Source: an uncultured Cellvibrio sp. (lineage in GTDB: Bacteria; Pseudomonadota; Gammaproteobacteria; Pseudomonadales; Cellvibrionaceae). From it: DNA of 46,509 bases. The stretch spans positions 1-46,509 of the forward strand of contig CAIOHY010000438.1 of assembly GCA_903858205.1 (NCBI GenBank), given 5' to 3'. Positions 26,139 through 37,063 of this stretch are shown here, piece by piece. Below the pieces are notes generated by a model. That model saw only the letters and a program-made list of their open reading frames with translations. It did no database searches and had not been told where the DNA came from. Every line of letters starts with the position of its first letter. The stretch's first letter is position 1. A program made the position numbers and the translations under genes.

Positions 26139-26382
26139 CAAGCTTATCTGATGTTTGTTCCTCCTTGAATCACCTTCCCGATTCCCTTGAACCAGACGAA
26201 CAAACCCTAATTTCCCTGCTGTTGTTCTTGCCCCGGCATCTGTTACAGACCAGCCAATCACAATTAAAACGGGACTGCAGCAACTTAATAGCAGCAACTA
26301 TCGCGATCCTTTTTTCTATAACCAACTTCCGCCTTTGGCGGTACATCTGCAATAACTCACATCCATCCATAAAGTCTCTTCT

Positions 26383-27642
26383 ATGAATCTCACCGACCTT
26401 AAAAAGAAACCGATTGAAGAATTAATTGATATCGCCCACGAAATGGGTTTAGAAAATATCGCCCGCTCGCGTAAACAGGACATTATCTTTAATATCCTCA
26501 AGCGCCACGCAAAAGGCGGAGAAGATATTTATGGCGACGGTGTGCTGGAAATTTTGGTAGATGGATTCGGTTTTTTGCGTTCAGCCGACAGCTCTTACCT
26601 TGCAGGTCCTGACGATATTTATGTTTCACCCAGTCAGATCCGCCGCTTCAATTTGCGTACGGGCGATACCATTTCCGGTAAGATCCGCCCACCCAAAGAA
26701 GGTGAACGTTATTTTGCCTTGTTAAAAGTTAACGATATCAATTTTGACAAGCCTGAAAGCTCCCGCAACAAAATTCTGTTTGAAAACCTCACGCCGCTGT
26801 TTCCCAATGTTCGCTTGCCACTTGAAGCCGGTAATGGTTCTACAGAAGACCTCACTGGTCGTATTATCGATTTGATTGCGCCCATCGGAAAAGGCCAGCG
26901 CGGTTTGATCGTTGCGCCGCCAAAAGCCGGTAAAACCATCATGATGCAAAATATTGCGCAGGCAATTACGCGCAATAATCCAGAGTGCCATTTGATTGTA
27001 TTGTTAATTGACGAACGTCCTGAAGAAGTAACTGAAATGCAGCGCTCTGTGCGCGGTGAAGTGGTTGCTTCTACATTCGATGAGCCGCCTGCGCGCCACG
27101 TACAAGTGGCCGATATGGTGATTGAAAAAGCCAAGCGTTTGGTTGAACACAAAAAAGACGTAGTGATTCTGCTCGATTCTATTACTCGTTTGGCGCGTGC
27201 GTACAACACGGTTATTCCCTCGTCAGGAAAAGTATTGACCGGTGGTGTGGATGCGCATGCGCTTGAGCGTCCAAAGCGTTTCTTTGGTGCTGCGCGTAAT
27301 ATCGAAGAGGGCGGCAGCTTGAGTATTATCGCCACCGCACTCGTAGATACCGGCTCCAAAATGGATGAAGTTATTTACGAAGAGTTTAAAGGTACGGGCA
27401 ACCTTGAGTTGCATCTTGATCGCAAAATTGCTGAAAAGCGTATTTACCCTGCGATCAATGTGCGCCGCTCCGGTACTCGCCGCGAAGAATTGTTGATGCG
27501 TGAAGACGAGTTGCAACGCGCATGGATTTTGCGTCGTTTGTTGAACGATATGGAAGACGTTGCCGCAACAGAATTCTTGCTTGATAAACTTAAAGACTTC
27601 AAAACCAACGACGAATTCTTTATGTCGATGAAACGCAAGTAA
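26383..27642 (+). CDS. rho: Transcription termination factor Rho
   Basis: 419 aa; [29 protein letters not shown] and [11 protein letters not shown] motifs. Confidence 0.99.
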   Translation: MNLTDLKKKPIEELIDIAHEMGLENIARSRKQDIIFNILKRHAKGGEDIYGDGVLEILVDGFGFLRSADSSYLAGPDDIYVSPSQIRRFNLRTGDTISGKIRPPKEGERYFALLKVNDINFDKPESSRNKILFENLTPLFPNVRLPLEAGNGSTEDLTGRIIDLIAPIGKGQRGLIVAPPKAGKTIMMQNIAQAITRNNPECHLIVLLIDERPEEVTEMQRSVRGEVVASTFDEPPARHVQVADMVIEKAKRLVEHKKDVVILLDSITRLARAYNTVIPSSGKVLTGGVDAHALERPKRFFGAARNIEEGGSLSIIATALVDTGSKMDEVIYEEFKGTGNLELHLDRKIAEKRIYPAINVRRSGTRREELLMREDELQRAWILRRLLNDMEDVAATEFLLDKLKDFKTNDEFFMSMKRK

Positions 27643-27802
27643 TACCTTTCATTCTCCTTTTTAAGGGAGATGTGAAAGAGCTTGTAGCCCGTATGGAGCA
27701 CAGCGTAATGCGGGAAATTTAAAATCCTGTCGCTGTGATCGATACGGGTTTTCTTTTTTGGTACTCTTTTCTTATAAATTAGATACTTGGGTTTTTATAA
27801 AA

Positions 27803-29284
27803 ATGAAATACAAAGACCTGCGTGATTTTATCGCCCTGCTTGAGGCGCGTGGATTGTTAAAGCGCATCAAACAGGAAATCGATCCCAATCTTGAGATGAC
27901 AGAGATATGCGACCGCACTCTGCGTGCTGGCGGCCCCGCGTTATTGTTTGAAAACCCTAAAGGCTATTCGATTCCTGTGCTCGCCAATTTATTTGGCACC
28001 ACCGAGCGCGTTGCTTTGGGTATGGGGCAGGAATCGGTGTCGGCGCTGCGCGAGGTTGGTAAGCTGCTTGCGTTTTTAAAAGAGCCGGAGCCACCGAAAG
28101 GATTTAAGGATGCTTGGGATAAACTGCCGCTGTTCAAGCAAGTACTCAATTTGGCTCCAAAAGTGCTGAGTAAGGCTCAATGTCAGGATGTGGTGCTTGA
28201 AGGTGATGCGGTCAATTTGGATCTGCTGCCGATTCAAACCTGTTGGCCGGGCGATGCTGGCCCCTTGGTGACTTGGCCGTTGGTTGTGACACGTGGGCCG
28301 CACAAAGAGCGACAGAATCTCGGTATTTATCGTATGCAAAAAATCGGTAAAAATCGGCTGATTATGCGTTGGCTTTCCCATCGTGGCGGCGCCTTGGATT
28401 TTCGTGAATTCCAGATTCAAAACCCTGGTAAAAATTATCCCGTTGCTGTCGCACTCGGCGCTGACCCAGCGACGATTCTCGGCGCAGTAACGCCAGTGCC
28501 GGATACGCTTTCTGAATATGGTTTTGCTGGATTGTTGCGCGGCGATAAAACAGAAGTAGTGAAATGTATCGGCAACGATTTGCAAGTGCCCGCTTCAGCC
28601 GAATTTATTTTAGAAGGTTATATCGCGCCCAATGATCTGGCGCCCGAAGGCCCCTTCGGCGATCACACCGGCTACTACAATGAAGTCGATAAATTTCCTG
28701 TATTTACCGTCGAGCGAATTACTCACAGGCGCGATCCGATTTACCACAGCACTTATACTGGCCGCCCGCCAGATGAGCCCGCCATTCTCGGTGTTGCACT
28801 CAACGAAGTGTTTGTGCCGATTTTGCAAAAACAGTTTCCTGAAATTGTGGATTTTTATTTGCCGCCCGAAGGTTGCTCTTATCGCATGGCGGTAGTTACG
28901 ATGAAAAAACAATATCCCGGTCATGCCAAACGCGTGATGATGGGTGTGTGGAGTTTCCTGCGGCAATTCATGTACACCAAATTTGTCATTGTTACCGACG
29001 ATGATGTGAATGCGCGTGATTGGAATGATGTGATCTGGGCGATGACTACTCGCATGGATCCGGCGCGCGATACGGTGATGATTGAAAATACGCCGATTGA
29101 TTATCTGGATTTTGCCTCACCCGTTTCCGGGCTGGGTTCCAAAATTGGTTTTGATGCAACTAATAAATGGCCGGGAGAAACCACGCGCGAGTGGGGCACT
29201 CCGATTGTGATGGATCGCGCCGTGAAAGATCGCATCGATGCGCTCTGGAATGACTTGGGTATAGATTTGCCTAACACTAATTAA
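27803..29284 (+). CDS. ubiD: 4-hydroxy-3-polyprenylbenzoate decarboxylase
   Basis: [28 protein letters not shown] and YTGRPPDEP motifs; trxA-rho-ubiD synteny. Confidence 0.97.
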   Translation: MKYKDLRDFIALLEARGLLKRIKQEIDPNLEMTEICDRTLRAGGPALLFENPKGYSIPVLANLFGTTERVALGMGQESVSALREVGKLLAFLKEPEPPKGFKDAWDKLPLFKQVLNLAPKVLSKAQCQDVVLEGDAVNLDLLPIQTCWPGDAGPLVTWPLVVTRGPHKERQNLGIYRMQKIGKNRLIMRWLSHRGGALDFREFQIQNPGKNYPVAVALGADPATILGAVTPVPDTLSEYGFAGLLRGDKTEVVKCIGNDLQVPASAEFILEGYIAPNDLAPEGPFGDHTGYYNEVDKFPVFTVERITHRRDPIYHSTYTGRPPDEPAILGVALNEVFVPILQKQFPEIVDFYLPPEGCSYRMAVVTMKKQYPGHAKRVMMGVWSFLRQFMYTKFVIVTDDDVNARDWNDVIWAMTTRMDPARDTVMIENTPIDYLDFASPVSGLGSKIGFDATNKWPGETTREWGTPIVMDRAVKDRIDALWNDLGIDLPNTN

Positions 29285-29407
29285 ATAGTTGTGATTAATC
29301 GCTGTATCATCAATAGGTTTTCGTGCTTCTAATTAGTGTATGGGTTATAAAACTTTCGCTGTGTTTGCAAACAATTGATTCATTTAGTTTAAAAAAGGGT
29401 AGTTAAC

Positions 29408-29815
29408 ATGAGTATCGTAAAAGAGTTTAAGGCTTTTGCTATTAAAGGCAATGTGGTGGATTTAGCGGTAGGGGTCATTATCGGTACTGCCTTTGGAAAA
29501 ATTGTGTCCTCATTGGTGGGGGATGTGGTAATGCCGCCGATTGGTTATTTGATTGGTGGCGTGAATTTTTCGGACTTGGCGTTTACCTTGCCAGCACTTC
29601 TGGAAGGGCAGTCGCCCGTGTTGGTGGCCTATGGGAAGTTTCTGCAAACCCTTATCGATTTCACCATCATTTCCTTTGTTATTTTTATGGTGATTAAGGT
29701 GATCAATCGGTTGAAGAAGAAGGAAGAGGAAGCTCCGGCGGCTCCTCCTGCGCCAAGCAACGAGGAATTGTTATTGATCGAAATTCGCGATTTATTGAAG
29801 CAGCAACAAAAGTAA
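29408..29815 (+). CDS. mscL: Large-conductance mechanosensitive channel
   Basis: [21 protein letters not shown] and [10 protein letters not shown] motifs. Confidence 0.98.
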   Translation: MSIVKEFKAFAIKGNVVDLAVGVIIGTAFGKIVSSLVGDVVMPPIGYLIGGVNFSDLAFTLPALLEGQSPVLVAYGKFLQTLIDFTIISFVIFMVIKVINRLKKKEEEAPAAPPAPSNEELLLIEIRDLLKQQQK

Positions 29816-29888
29816 GGTCGATCGTTTCCGATGCCAGAGTTGCGCTCCCTCGCTATAAAAAGAGGGTTCGCAACTGATCAGTATCAAG

Positions 29889-30290
29889 TCAAGCTACTGG
29901 ATGGCCGCGATACATGCGCACGGGTTTAGCGGGCGGTGGAACATCGGCAGCCAGCAACTCAGTGCGTAGCACCATACCTTCTTCTGCGGGATGTGGCGCT
30001 TCTGTCAGTGTGGTTTGGCCGCGGTAAACCTTGACGACTTGTTTGGGTATTTCCTCAGCCTTGGGTGTCTCCGCTTTAACCGGCTCCACTAGTTGGTGCC
30101 ACTCGTCTCCAGCGAGATGGAGAAGTTCCTTTATCAGCGTTTTAGTAACTGTATCCCTGGTGCGGTTGTGATAAACCGCTAACTCTTTGAGCATCTCCGG
30201 GTTGGCCATTTTTACGCTTGGCTTCATATCGGGGTCGACGCGGCGGCGAATTTCGTACACCAAATCGATCATGGGTTTAGTGTATTGCAT
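29889..30290 (-). CDS. Hypothetical protein with two YRG motifs
   Basis: GAGGAG RBS; 133 aa; VKVYRGQ and VRMYRGH motifs. Confidence 0.8.
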   Translation of the reverse strand: MQYTKPMIDLVYEIRRRVDPDMKPSVKMANPEMLKELAVYHNRTRDTVTKTLIKELLHLAGDEWHQLVEPVKAETPKAEEIPKQVVKVYRGQTTLTEAPHPAEEGMVLRTELLAADVPPPAKPVRMYRGHPVA

Positions 30291-30323
30291 ATCAGGTTCT
30301 CCTCGATCTTGGTGTGTTTTTTA

Positions 30324-30339
30324 AGCAAGTATCAGACCA
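30324..30339 (-). promoter_or_regulatory. sigma54 -24/-12 promoter of the YRG protein gene
   Basis: Minus strand TGGTCTGATACTTGCT (GG-N10-GC), about 35 nt upstream of the ATG. Confidence 0.65.
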
Positions 30340-30468
30340 ATGGTGTAAGAAAGGCTATGTGGTGCATCATTTGGCGATTCCGAGGCAATTGCGCGATCAT
30401 TTTTGGTGTTTGTGGATTATTTTGGTGCGCCGGGATTTGGTTGGGTGCAAAATTTGAAAATACATGGA

Positions 30469-31266
30469 TTAGCGAATTCGGTGATCCATCTCTCGCGCCG
30501 GTTGGTGGCACTGGGTTTCACCGATGATTTGAGCGGGCACCCCCGCTACGGTAGCGCGTGCAGGGACATCTTTGAGTACCACGCTGCCTGCACCAATTTT
30601 GGCGCATTCACCCACGACAATATTGCCAAGAATCTTGGCTCCAGCGCCTATAAGCACCCCTTTGCGCACTTTGGGATGGCGGTCGCCCGCTTCTTTACCT
30701 GTGCCGCCCAGTGTGACCGATTGCATTATCGACACCATATCCTCAATCACTGCGGTCTCACCAATCACTATACCGGTAGCATGGTCGAACATAATGCCTT
30801 TGCCTATCCGTGCAGCAGGGTGGATATCTACCCCAAACACGGCTGAGATTCGATTCTGTAGAAATAGCGCGAGTGAGTTGCGACCTTGATTCCATAGCCA
30901 GTGAGCAACTCTATAAGCTTGCAGTGCATGGAAGCCTTTGAAGTAGAGTAAGGGGGTGACCAGTGAGCAGCATGCCGAGTCTCGCTCATTCACAGCCATT
31001 AAATCAGCGCGTACCGATTCAACAATCGTCTTGTCGGCTTTCATTGCTTCTTCAACAACTTCACGTATTAGCATGGCGGGCAATGCCGGGCTATCAAGTT
31101 TGTTCGCGAGGTGGAAGCTGAGTGCGGCTTCAAGCGTGTCGTGATTCAAAATGGTGGAGTAGAGAAAGCTGGCAAGTACCGGCTCGGATTCCGCCTGTTT
31201 GCGGGTCTGCAGGCGAATAGATTCCCACAGGCTATCGATAACAACGGCGGGAGCGGTAGCACTCAT
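30469..31266 (-). CDS. cysE: Serine O-acetyltransferase
   Basis: RDSAC, LYFKGFHALQAYR, VDIHPAARIG, DHATGIVIGET and GGTGKEAGDRHPK motifs; start re-called to ATG 31266. Confidence 0.96.
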   Translation of the reverse strand: MSATAPAVVIDSLWESIRLQTRKQAESEPVLASFLYSTILNHDTLEAALSFHLANKLDSPALPAMLIREVVEEAMKADKTIVESVRADLMAVNERDSACCSLVTPLLYFKGFHALQAYRVAHWLWNQGRNSLALFLQNRISAVFGVDIHPAARIGKGIMFDHATGIVIGETAVIEDMVSIMQSVTLGGTGKEAGDRHPKVRKGVLIGAGAKILGNIVVGECAKIGAGSVVLKDVPARATVAGVPAQIIGETQCHQPAREMDHRIR

Positions 31267-31371
31267 GGCTGGGTCCTTACACGAAATACAATGCGTTTTA
31301 TGGGGCGGGCTTAAGTGGAACATTATTAGGGCTGTCGCCACATAATACTAGCCTGCAGGGATTATTGGCGA

Positions 31372-32355
31372 TTAATAGATTACCAGTGCCGGCTCATTCA
31401 AAGCGGCTAGCTGTTCCCGCAACTCCAGGATATGTTCACCCCAGTAGCGCTCGGTATTAAACCAGGGGAAGTGACGGGGAAACGCCGGGTCGGCCCAGCG
31501 CCGCGCCAACCAGGCGCTGTAATGCATGATGCGCAAACTGCGCAGCGCTTCGATCAGCGCCAGCTCCGCCAAATCAAAATCGCAAAACTCGCGATAACCT
31601 TCCAGCACTTCCGCCAGCTGCAACGTCTGCTGTTCACGCTCGCCGGAGAGCAGCATCCACAAATCCTGAATTGCCGGCCCCATGCGCGCATCATCAAAAT
31701 CGACGAAATGCGGCACATCGTCGCGCCATAAAATGTTGCCTGGGTGGCAGTCGCCATGGAGGCGGATGGGCGTGTAATCCACGCGACTAAACAGGGTTTC
31801 GCAGCGCGCCAATAAATCTGCCCCGAGCGTGCGGTAGGATTCGCGCAAGCTGGCGGGGATAAAATCATTCGCCATTAAAAATTCGTAGCTATCGCGCCCA
31901 AACGTCTGGATATCCAGCGGCGGGCGATGCGTAAACGGTCTTGCTTGCCCCAGTGCATGGATGCGTCCGAGGGTTCGGCCGAGCGAGAGCAAGGCATCAA
32001 AATCATCAAGATTGGGCGCGTGGCCGCCCTGCCGCGGGTAGAGTGCGAATCGGAAGCCGTGGAATTCGCGCAGCGTTTTGCCTTCATCGTTGGCCATGGG
32101 AGGTACCACAGAAATTTCCAAGTCCTTCAGTGCTTGGGTGAACTCATGCTCCTCAATGATCTGCGCATCGCTCCAGCGCTCGGGGCGATAAAACTTGGCG
32201 ATTAGTGGGCTCGCGCCTTCAATCCCCACCTGATAAACGCGGTTCTCGTAACTATTGAGTGCGAGGATGCGGGCGTCAGTCAGAAAGCCGGTGCTATCAA
32301 TCGCGTCCAGCACCATGTCCGGCGTGAGTTGTTCGTAGGGGTGGGGCTGGTTCAT
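31372..32355 (-). CDS. srkA: Stress response Ser/Thr kinase (RdoA/YihE)
   Basis: LNSYENRVYQ, KFYRPERW, RLHGDCHPGN, VDFDD and PAFPRHFPWF motifs; start re-called to ATG 32355. Confidence 0.95.
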   Translation of the reverse strand: MNQPHPYEQLTPDMVLDAIDSTGFLTDARILALNSYENRVYQVGIEGASPLIAKFYRPERWSDAQIIEEHEFTQALKDLEISVVPPMANDEGKTLREFHGFRFALYPRQGGHAPNLDDFDALLSLGRTLGRIHALGQARPFTHRPPLDIQTFGRDSYEFLMANDFIPASLRESYRTLGADLLARCETLFSRVDYTPIRLHGDCHPGNILWRDDVPHFVDFDDARMGPAIQDLWMLLSGEREQQTLQLAEVLEGYREFCDFDLAELALIEALRSLRIMHYSAWLARRWADPAFPRHFPWFNTERYWGEHILELREQLAALNEPALVIY

Positions 32356-32573
32356 AACCGCTGCTCGCAAAAGTAAGCGGCGATTGTACCTCCCGGCAGC
32401 CAGTTGTGCTTGGATATGCGTTTGGCTGAAATTGATATCTTGCCCGGCTGTGCTATTTGCAAAATAGATGGCGTATAAATTTTGAAGGATTCGCCTAAAA
32501 ATGCTACAAGTTAACATTCGCAGTTGATTGCTTTGCATCTCAAAAAACACGCATCAGTACACGTAGGGTTGTC

Positions 32574-33335
32574 ATGATCAAAATCGCTTTCTATAACCTC
32601 AAGGGTGGTGTGGGTAAGACCACAACGGCAGTCAACATGGCCTATATGGCCGCCGCCGCGAAAAAGAATGTGATCCTTTGGGATCTGGACCCGCAAGCAG
32701 CCGCTAGTTGGTTTTGTCAGCAGGAGCCTGACAGCGCAAAGGCAATCAAGCTCTTCAGCAAAGGTAAATCTATCGGGAAGATGGAGCTGTACAGTCCCTA
32801 TCCCGGTCTGACCCTGATTCCCGCCGACCTCAGTCTGCGCAGCCTGGACAGCGAGTTCGACGAACTCAGAAAGGACAAAAAATTCCTCAAGCAATTGCTC
32901 AAACCCCTGAGTGAAAAAGCCGACATCCTCATTTTCGATTTTCCGCCCACACTCTCTCCCAGCGTTGAGCAGCTCTTGTTGGAGGTGGATATTTTGTTGA
33001 TTCCGATGATTCCCAGCCCATTATCGATTCGCGCCATGGAACAGGTCGTGGAATTCTTGGGTGACAAACAATCGGCGCCAACGCGTATTGTCGGTTTTTT
33101 TAATCAGGTGGATATGCGCCGCAGCTTGCACCGCGAAGCGGTTGAAAACAGTAAAAAAATGCCCGTGCCCATGCTCAAAACCTACATTCCCAACGATTCC
33201 GCCGTCGAGCAAATGGGGCTGCGCCGCGCGCCCCTAACCAGCTACAATCAGCGCAGTCGCGCGGCACTTGCCTACATTGATCTCTGGAAAGAGGTTGCGC
33301 GCTTGTTAAAGGCGGCGGCGAAAGATGAGGGCTGA
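32574..33335 (+). CDS. Orphan ParA-family ATPase
   Basis: NLKGGVGKTT deviant Walker A, DLDPQ and DFPP motifs; no parB adjacent. Confidence 0.9.
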   Translation: MIKIAFYNLKGGVGKTTTAVNMAYMAAAAKKNVILWDLDPQAAASWFCQQEPDSAKAIKLFSKGKSIGKMELYSPYPGLTLIPADLSLRSLDSEFDELRKDKKFLKQLLKPLSEKADILIFDFPPTLSPSVEQLLLEVDILLIPMIPSPLSIRAMEQVVEFLGDKQSAPTRIVGFFNQVDMRRSLHREAVENSKKMPVPMLKTYIPNDSAVEQMGLRRAPLTSYNQRSRAALAYIDLWKEVARLLKAAAKDEG

Positions 33336-33545
33336 CTGAGTTCTCGCATCACCTGCTGCGCCTTTGATTTCCTTCTTCAAGATGCCCTCATTTGGCCGTC
33401 AGGGCGGTCGCTGCGCTCTTCCTCTGTGCATGTTTTTTTGTCAAGCGTTTGTAATGACTGTCGCCTGTTGTGTTTCTTTACACTTTTTATTGGAAACACG
33501 CTGACCTTTTCTGTAACTATCTGTTTTTCAAGTTTTTTCTTTTCA

Positions 33546-33561
33546 TGGCATTCTGCGTGCA
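33546..33561 (+). promoter_or_regulatory. sigma54 -24/-12 promoter of the PEP-CTERM gene
   Basis: TGGCATTCTGCGTGCA (GG-N10-GC); TTTACA half-site at 33477-33482. Confidence 0.65.
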
Positions 33562-33664
33562 TAGGCTCGCTTGGTCATTTAGGCTTGGTGCAACTGTAAT
33601 GAGGGATGTTCCGAAGGATGGTTGCGTTTTTGTAATTCCATAATTCACTAATAGGAGAAGATTT

Positions 33665-34660
33665 ATGGATATCAACTTTAAAGGCATGTTGCGCAGTCTG
33701 CTCGTTGTAGCTGCTATCGTAAGTGCTGCTAACGCCAGTGCAAGTTTGGCTCCCTTCCAATCATTCGTTGGTAAATATGCTTTATCTACCGATGGTTTTG
33801 GCTCTACTAGTGAGTCAGGCGTAATTTCAGCGTCTGTTCCTGCTGGTTCTACTGTGGTTGCTGCGTACTTGTACTCTGCAACAAACAACACCAACAACGT
33901 ACCTGCTGTTTCCCTCAATGGTAACCTGGCTACATTTGGTCCGGCCGTTTCAAACGCTACCGCATGCTGCAACCTTAAATCCTACCGCGCGGACGTTACC
34001 AGTCTGGTTGCTTCAGTGATCAATGGTGGTGGTGGCGGCATCTATAACTTCAATGTTCGTGAGGGTGGTGCGTCTACCACCCAAATCGATGGTGAAGCCT
34101 TGGTTGTGGTTTACAGCAACCCCAGCTTACCGGAAGCGACCGTTGGTTTATTGGATGGTTTTGCGTCGGTAACAGGCGATACCACCAATATTAATTTTGC
34201 AACTCCGTTGAATCCTGCAGGTCCCGGTTTCTTCGCTGAAATGTCTTTGGGGATCTCCTTTAGCTGCTGCGATACCCAACGTTCAACAATCAAAGTAAAT
34301 GATCTGTTGCTCACTCAGAATGCAGGTAACTATGATGACGGCTTGCAGCTTTCAAACGGCTCTTTGATCACCGTCGGTGGTTTTGATGATGCGCTTTCAT
34401 CCGGTGGCGATAATTACGCAAACGACGGTGAGCGCTACAATCTTGCCAGTTTTGTAGCGTCTGGCGATACCACTATCAAAGTGGATACGGTCAACGCGTC
34501 TCGTGATGACAACATCTTCTTTGCGGGTTTCTATGTTTCAGGTAAGGCTGGCATCAATGAAGAACCGCCAGTTGATGTTCCTGAGCCAGGTTCTCTGTTG
34601 TTGCTGTTGCTTGGCGTAGCGGCATTGTTGCTTGGTCGCAAAAGAGAACTCTTCTCTTAA
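33665..34660 (+). CDS. PEP-CTERM sorting-domain surface protein
   Basis: Signal peptide; Ser/Thr/Gly/Asn-rich beta body; C-terminal VPEPGSLLLLLLGVAALLLGRKR. Confidence 0.92.
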   Translation: MDINFKGMLRSLLVVAAIVSAANASASLAPFQSFVGKYALSTDGFGSTSESGVISASVPAGSTVVAAYLYSATNNTNNVPAVSLNGNLATFGPAVSNATACCNLKSYRADVTSLVASVINGGGGGIYNFNVREGGASTTQIDGEALVVVYSNPSLPEATVGLLDGFASVTGDTTNINFATPLNPAGPGFFAEMSLGISFSCCDTQRSTIKVNDLLLTQNAGNYDDGLQLSNGSLITVGGFDDALSSGGDNYANDGERYNLASFVASGDTTIKVDTVNASRDDNIFFAGFYVSGKAGINEEPPVDVPEPGSLLLLLLGVAALLLGRKRELFS

Positions 34661-34692
34661 TTGTTGTCTATGCACTAATTCTGTGTATTACT

Positions 34693-34721
34693 AAATGGAG
34701 CGCTATGCGCTCCATTTTTTT
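34693..34721 (+). terminator. Rho-independent terminator
   Basis: AAATGGAGCGC-tat-GCGCTCCATTT followed by a T run. Confidence 0.85.
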
Positions 34722-34739
34722 ACTTTAAAGGATCTGTAA

Positions 34740-36563
34740 ATGCAAATCGTTAGCCGGCTTTATTTTTGGGTGCTCTGCTGTGGCTTTATTCCGTTATCTG
34801 TAAACGCGGCATTCTCTACAGATAACATGCTCGGTCTTCTTGGGTCGCAAGAGATACATGCGCCGGAGTATTCAACTGCAGTTACCAGCTTAAAGGCGGG
34901 TGCATATGGCGAGGCAAGGACTGCGGCAGAAAAGATCGTGGCCAACAATCCGAACAAATATCCAGGGCATCTTCTTTTGGTGCTTGCCTATCTCGGCAGT
35001 GAGGACTTTGTCGCTATCGACAAACATTTAGCAGAGGTTGAGCGCAATCTGCCGCAATATACCCCTTCGCTGCGGGAGAATTTGTTTCGCGCCCTCAGAA
35101 ACGAGCGTCGTTATTTTCGCGCACTGGCGGTGATTGAGGATTTGGATGTTGCGCAGCGTAGTGCACAGCTTCATTTGGATATTGGCAGAGTATACGTATC
35201 GCAATCCAGGCATAAAGATGCCGAGCGCGCACTCTCCTTGGCTGTTGCCAAGGATAACGGATTAATCGAGGCCCATTTTGAATTGGGCAGGGTTCTGATT
35301 GTTCAGGGGCAATTTAAAAAAGCGCTCGATGAATTTTCAACTGCCTCTAGCGCAGGTAATTCCTCGGAGCCTCTGTATCAATTGATTGGCGCATCCCATT
35401 TGGGTCTTGGAAAGTACCAAGAGGCGTTGCAGGCCTACAGCAGCATTACACAAAAAAATCCTGATGATGTACTGGCGCAGCTGAACATAGGGATAATCCA
35501 GTTGTATTCAAAAAAATACGATGAGGCGCTCACTCATCTGACAGCTTCCCAGAAAAAAGATAAAACAGCAGACTCAGTTTCAGCCCAATTACTTGCGTTA
35601 GTCGCCTTGAATAAGCACGCTAGTGCTCGCGCTATCTTTGACGGTCTGAGTCCTGAGTTGGCAGCTGACCCACTGGTTCAATTGGCGGCGCTATCAATAG
35701 AAAATGCTGAAGTTACAGCGCAGTCCAAACAATCCATCGCAAAAGTATTTCCCGATATTGCTAATATTAAATCAAGTGATGAGACCTTTCTGACAACAAG
35801 CGCAGATAAGATTGCTCTCGCCGCAATATTGTACAAACAGGGAATTTACACGGCGGTAGCCGAGTTTTATGCAAAACAAGGCGAGCAGAAAATACATCCT
35901 TGGTTGGGCTTGGTCTACGCGCGTTCGCAAATAAAAACCAATAAAACAGATGATGCAATTGCAACATATCGCGATATTGCGCGCGCATATCCCACATTGG
36001 TTTCTCCCAAGCTAGAGCTTGCAGAGGCCTACTACTACCAAAACAAATATGCTGAAGCTATAGATGCTTACAGCCCACTTGCTATCGAGCCCAGCATTGA
36101 GCGAAAGGTGCAGCTGGGTAATCTTTATAATGCGAATCAACAATATGACATGGCGATCAAACTCTACACCGAGGCCTTGGGAATTCAAGCCGACCCTTAT
36201 GTGATTAACCAGATTGCTGCCACCTATTCTGAGCGATTAAAACAGCCTGAAAAAGCCGTGAAAGTTATTAGGGATGCGAAGCTTACCCAGAGCTCGCCCT
36301 TGATTTGGGATACCTTGGGCTGGGCCTATTACAACCTCAACAACATCAAGGAATCTTTGGCTGCCTATAAGCAATTATTGGCGGCGACTGGAAACAATCA
36401 GTCGCCTGAAACTTTTGCAAGAATGGCGCGGGTCTATGAAAAAAATGGCGATGTTAAACAAAGCCGGTTACTTTACGAGATGGCGCTGAACACGGGCCAC
36501 GAATTTGAGGATGAGCAATTCGCCAAGAGCAAGCTTGCTCACTTGGACTCTGTCGTTAAGTAG
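34740..36563 (+). CDS. Exported tetratricopeptide-repeat protein (PrsT-like context)
   Basis: Signal peptide; many TPR-pattern helices; late DTLGWAYY motif. Confidence 0.8.
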   Translation: MQIVSRLYFWVLCCGFIPLSVNAAFSTDNMLGLLGSQEIHAPEYSTAVTSLKAGAYGEARTAAEKIVANNPNKYPGHLLLVLAYLGSEDFVAIDKHLAEVERNLPQYTPSLRENLFRALRNERRYFRALAVIEDLDVAQRSAQLHLDIGRVYVSQSRHKDAERALSLAVAKDNGLIEAHFELGRVLIVQGQFKKALDEFSTASSAGNSSEPLYQLIGASHLGLGKYQEALQAYSSITQKNPDDVLAQLNIGIIQLYSKKYDEALTHLTASQKKDKTADSVSAQLLALVALNKHASARAIFDGLSPELAADPLVQLAALSIENAEVTAQSKQSIAKVFPDIANIKSSDETFLTTSADKIALAAILYKQGIYTAVAEFYAKQGEQKIHPWLGLVYARSQIKTNKTDDAIATYRDIARAYPTLVSPKLELAEAYYYQNKYAEAIDAYSPLAIEPSIERKVQLGNLYNANQQYDMAIKLYTEALGIQADPYVINQIAATYSERLKQPEKAVKVIRDAKLTQSSPLIWDTLGWAYYNLNNIKESLAAYKQLLAATGNNQSPETFARMARVYEKNGDVKQSRLLYEMALNTGHEFEDEQFAKSKLAHLDSVVK

Positions 36564-36601
36564 TCATGATTATCTGGATATGTTGGAGAACCTTGTTGCG
36601 T

Positions 36602-37063
36602 ATGGCCAAGTCTATTTACGCTCCACTCTTGTTGATTGCCGTATTTGCGTTTACAGGCTGCGCCACCAGTATCCAACCGCCGCAGAAGCCCGCTCCTGTA
36701 GTTGATCGCCCTGCAGCCGTTAAACCCAATCAGCCGGCAGTAGTGCAACCCCAGCCTGGCGCAGTGCCAAGACCGGTACCGGCGGTTTCGCTCAATCCGG
36801 CGGCACAGAGCCTCGCCAAGCAGGCGCGCCAACAATATTTGTCGCAGGATTATCAAGGCGCTATCGCAACCGCTGAGCGCGGTTTGCGTATTGAGCGTCG
36901 TGCGGCGGATTTGTACTTGGTGCTCGCGCAAAGTTATGTGCAATTAGCGCTGCCAGAAAAAGCCAAAATGTTTGTGCAGCAGGGGCTGCGGTTTGCGGCG
37001 CCCGGTTCAGATGCTGCTCAGGGTTTGGCGCGGGTGCAGGAAATGGTTGATCAGGGGGAGTGA
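36602..37063 (+). CDS. Lipoprotein with Pro-rich linker and short TPR domain
   Basis: Lipobox FTGC; AIATAERGLRIE..ADLYLVLA; start re-called to ATG 36602. Confidence 0.8.
   Translation: MAKSIYAPLLLIAVFAFTGCATSIQPPQKPAPVVDRPAAVKPNQPAVVQPQPGAVPRPVPAVSLNPAAQSLAKQARQQYLSQDYQGAIATAERGLRIERRAADLYLVLAQSYVQLALPEKAKMFVQQGLRFAAPGSDAAQGLARVQEMVDQGE

Noticed and set aside
26126-26386. 86-aa leader ORF before rho
   Set aside because: The TTG start lies within the predicted promoter, there is no RBS, and the composition reflects the C-rich leader.
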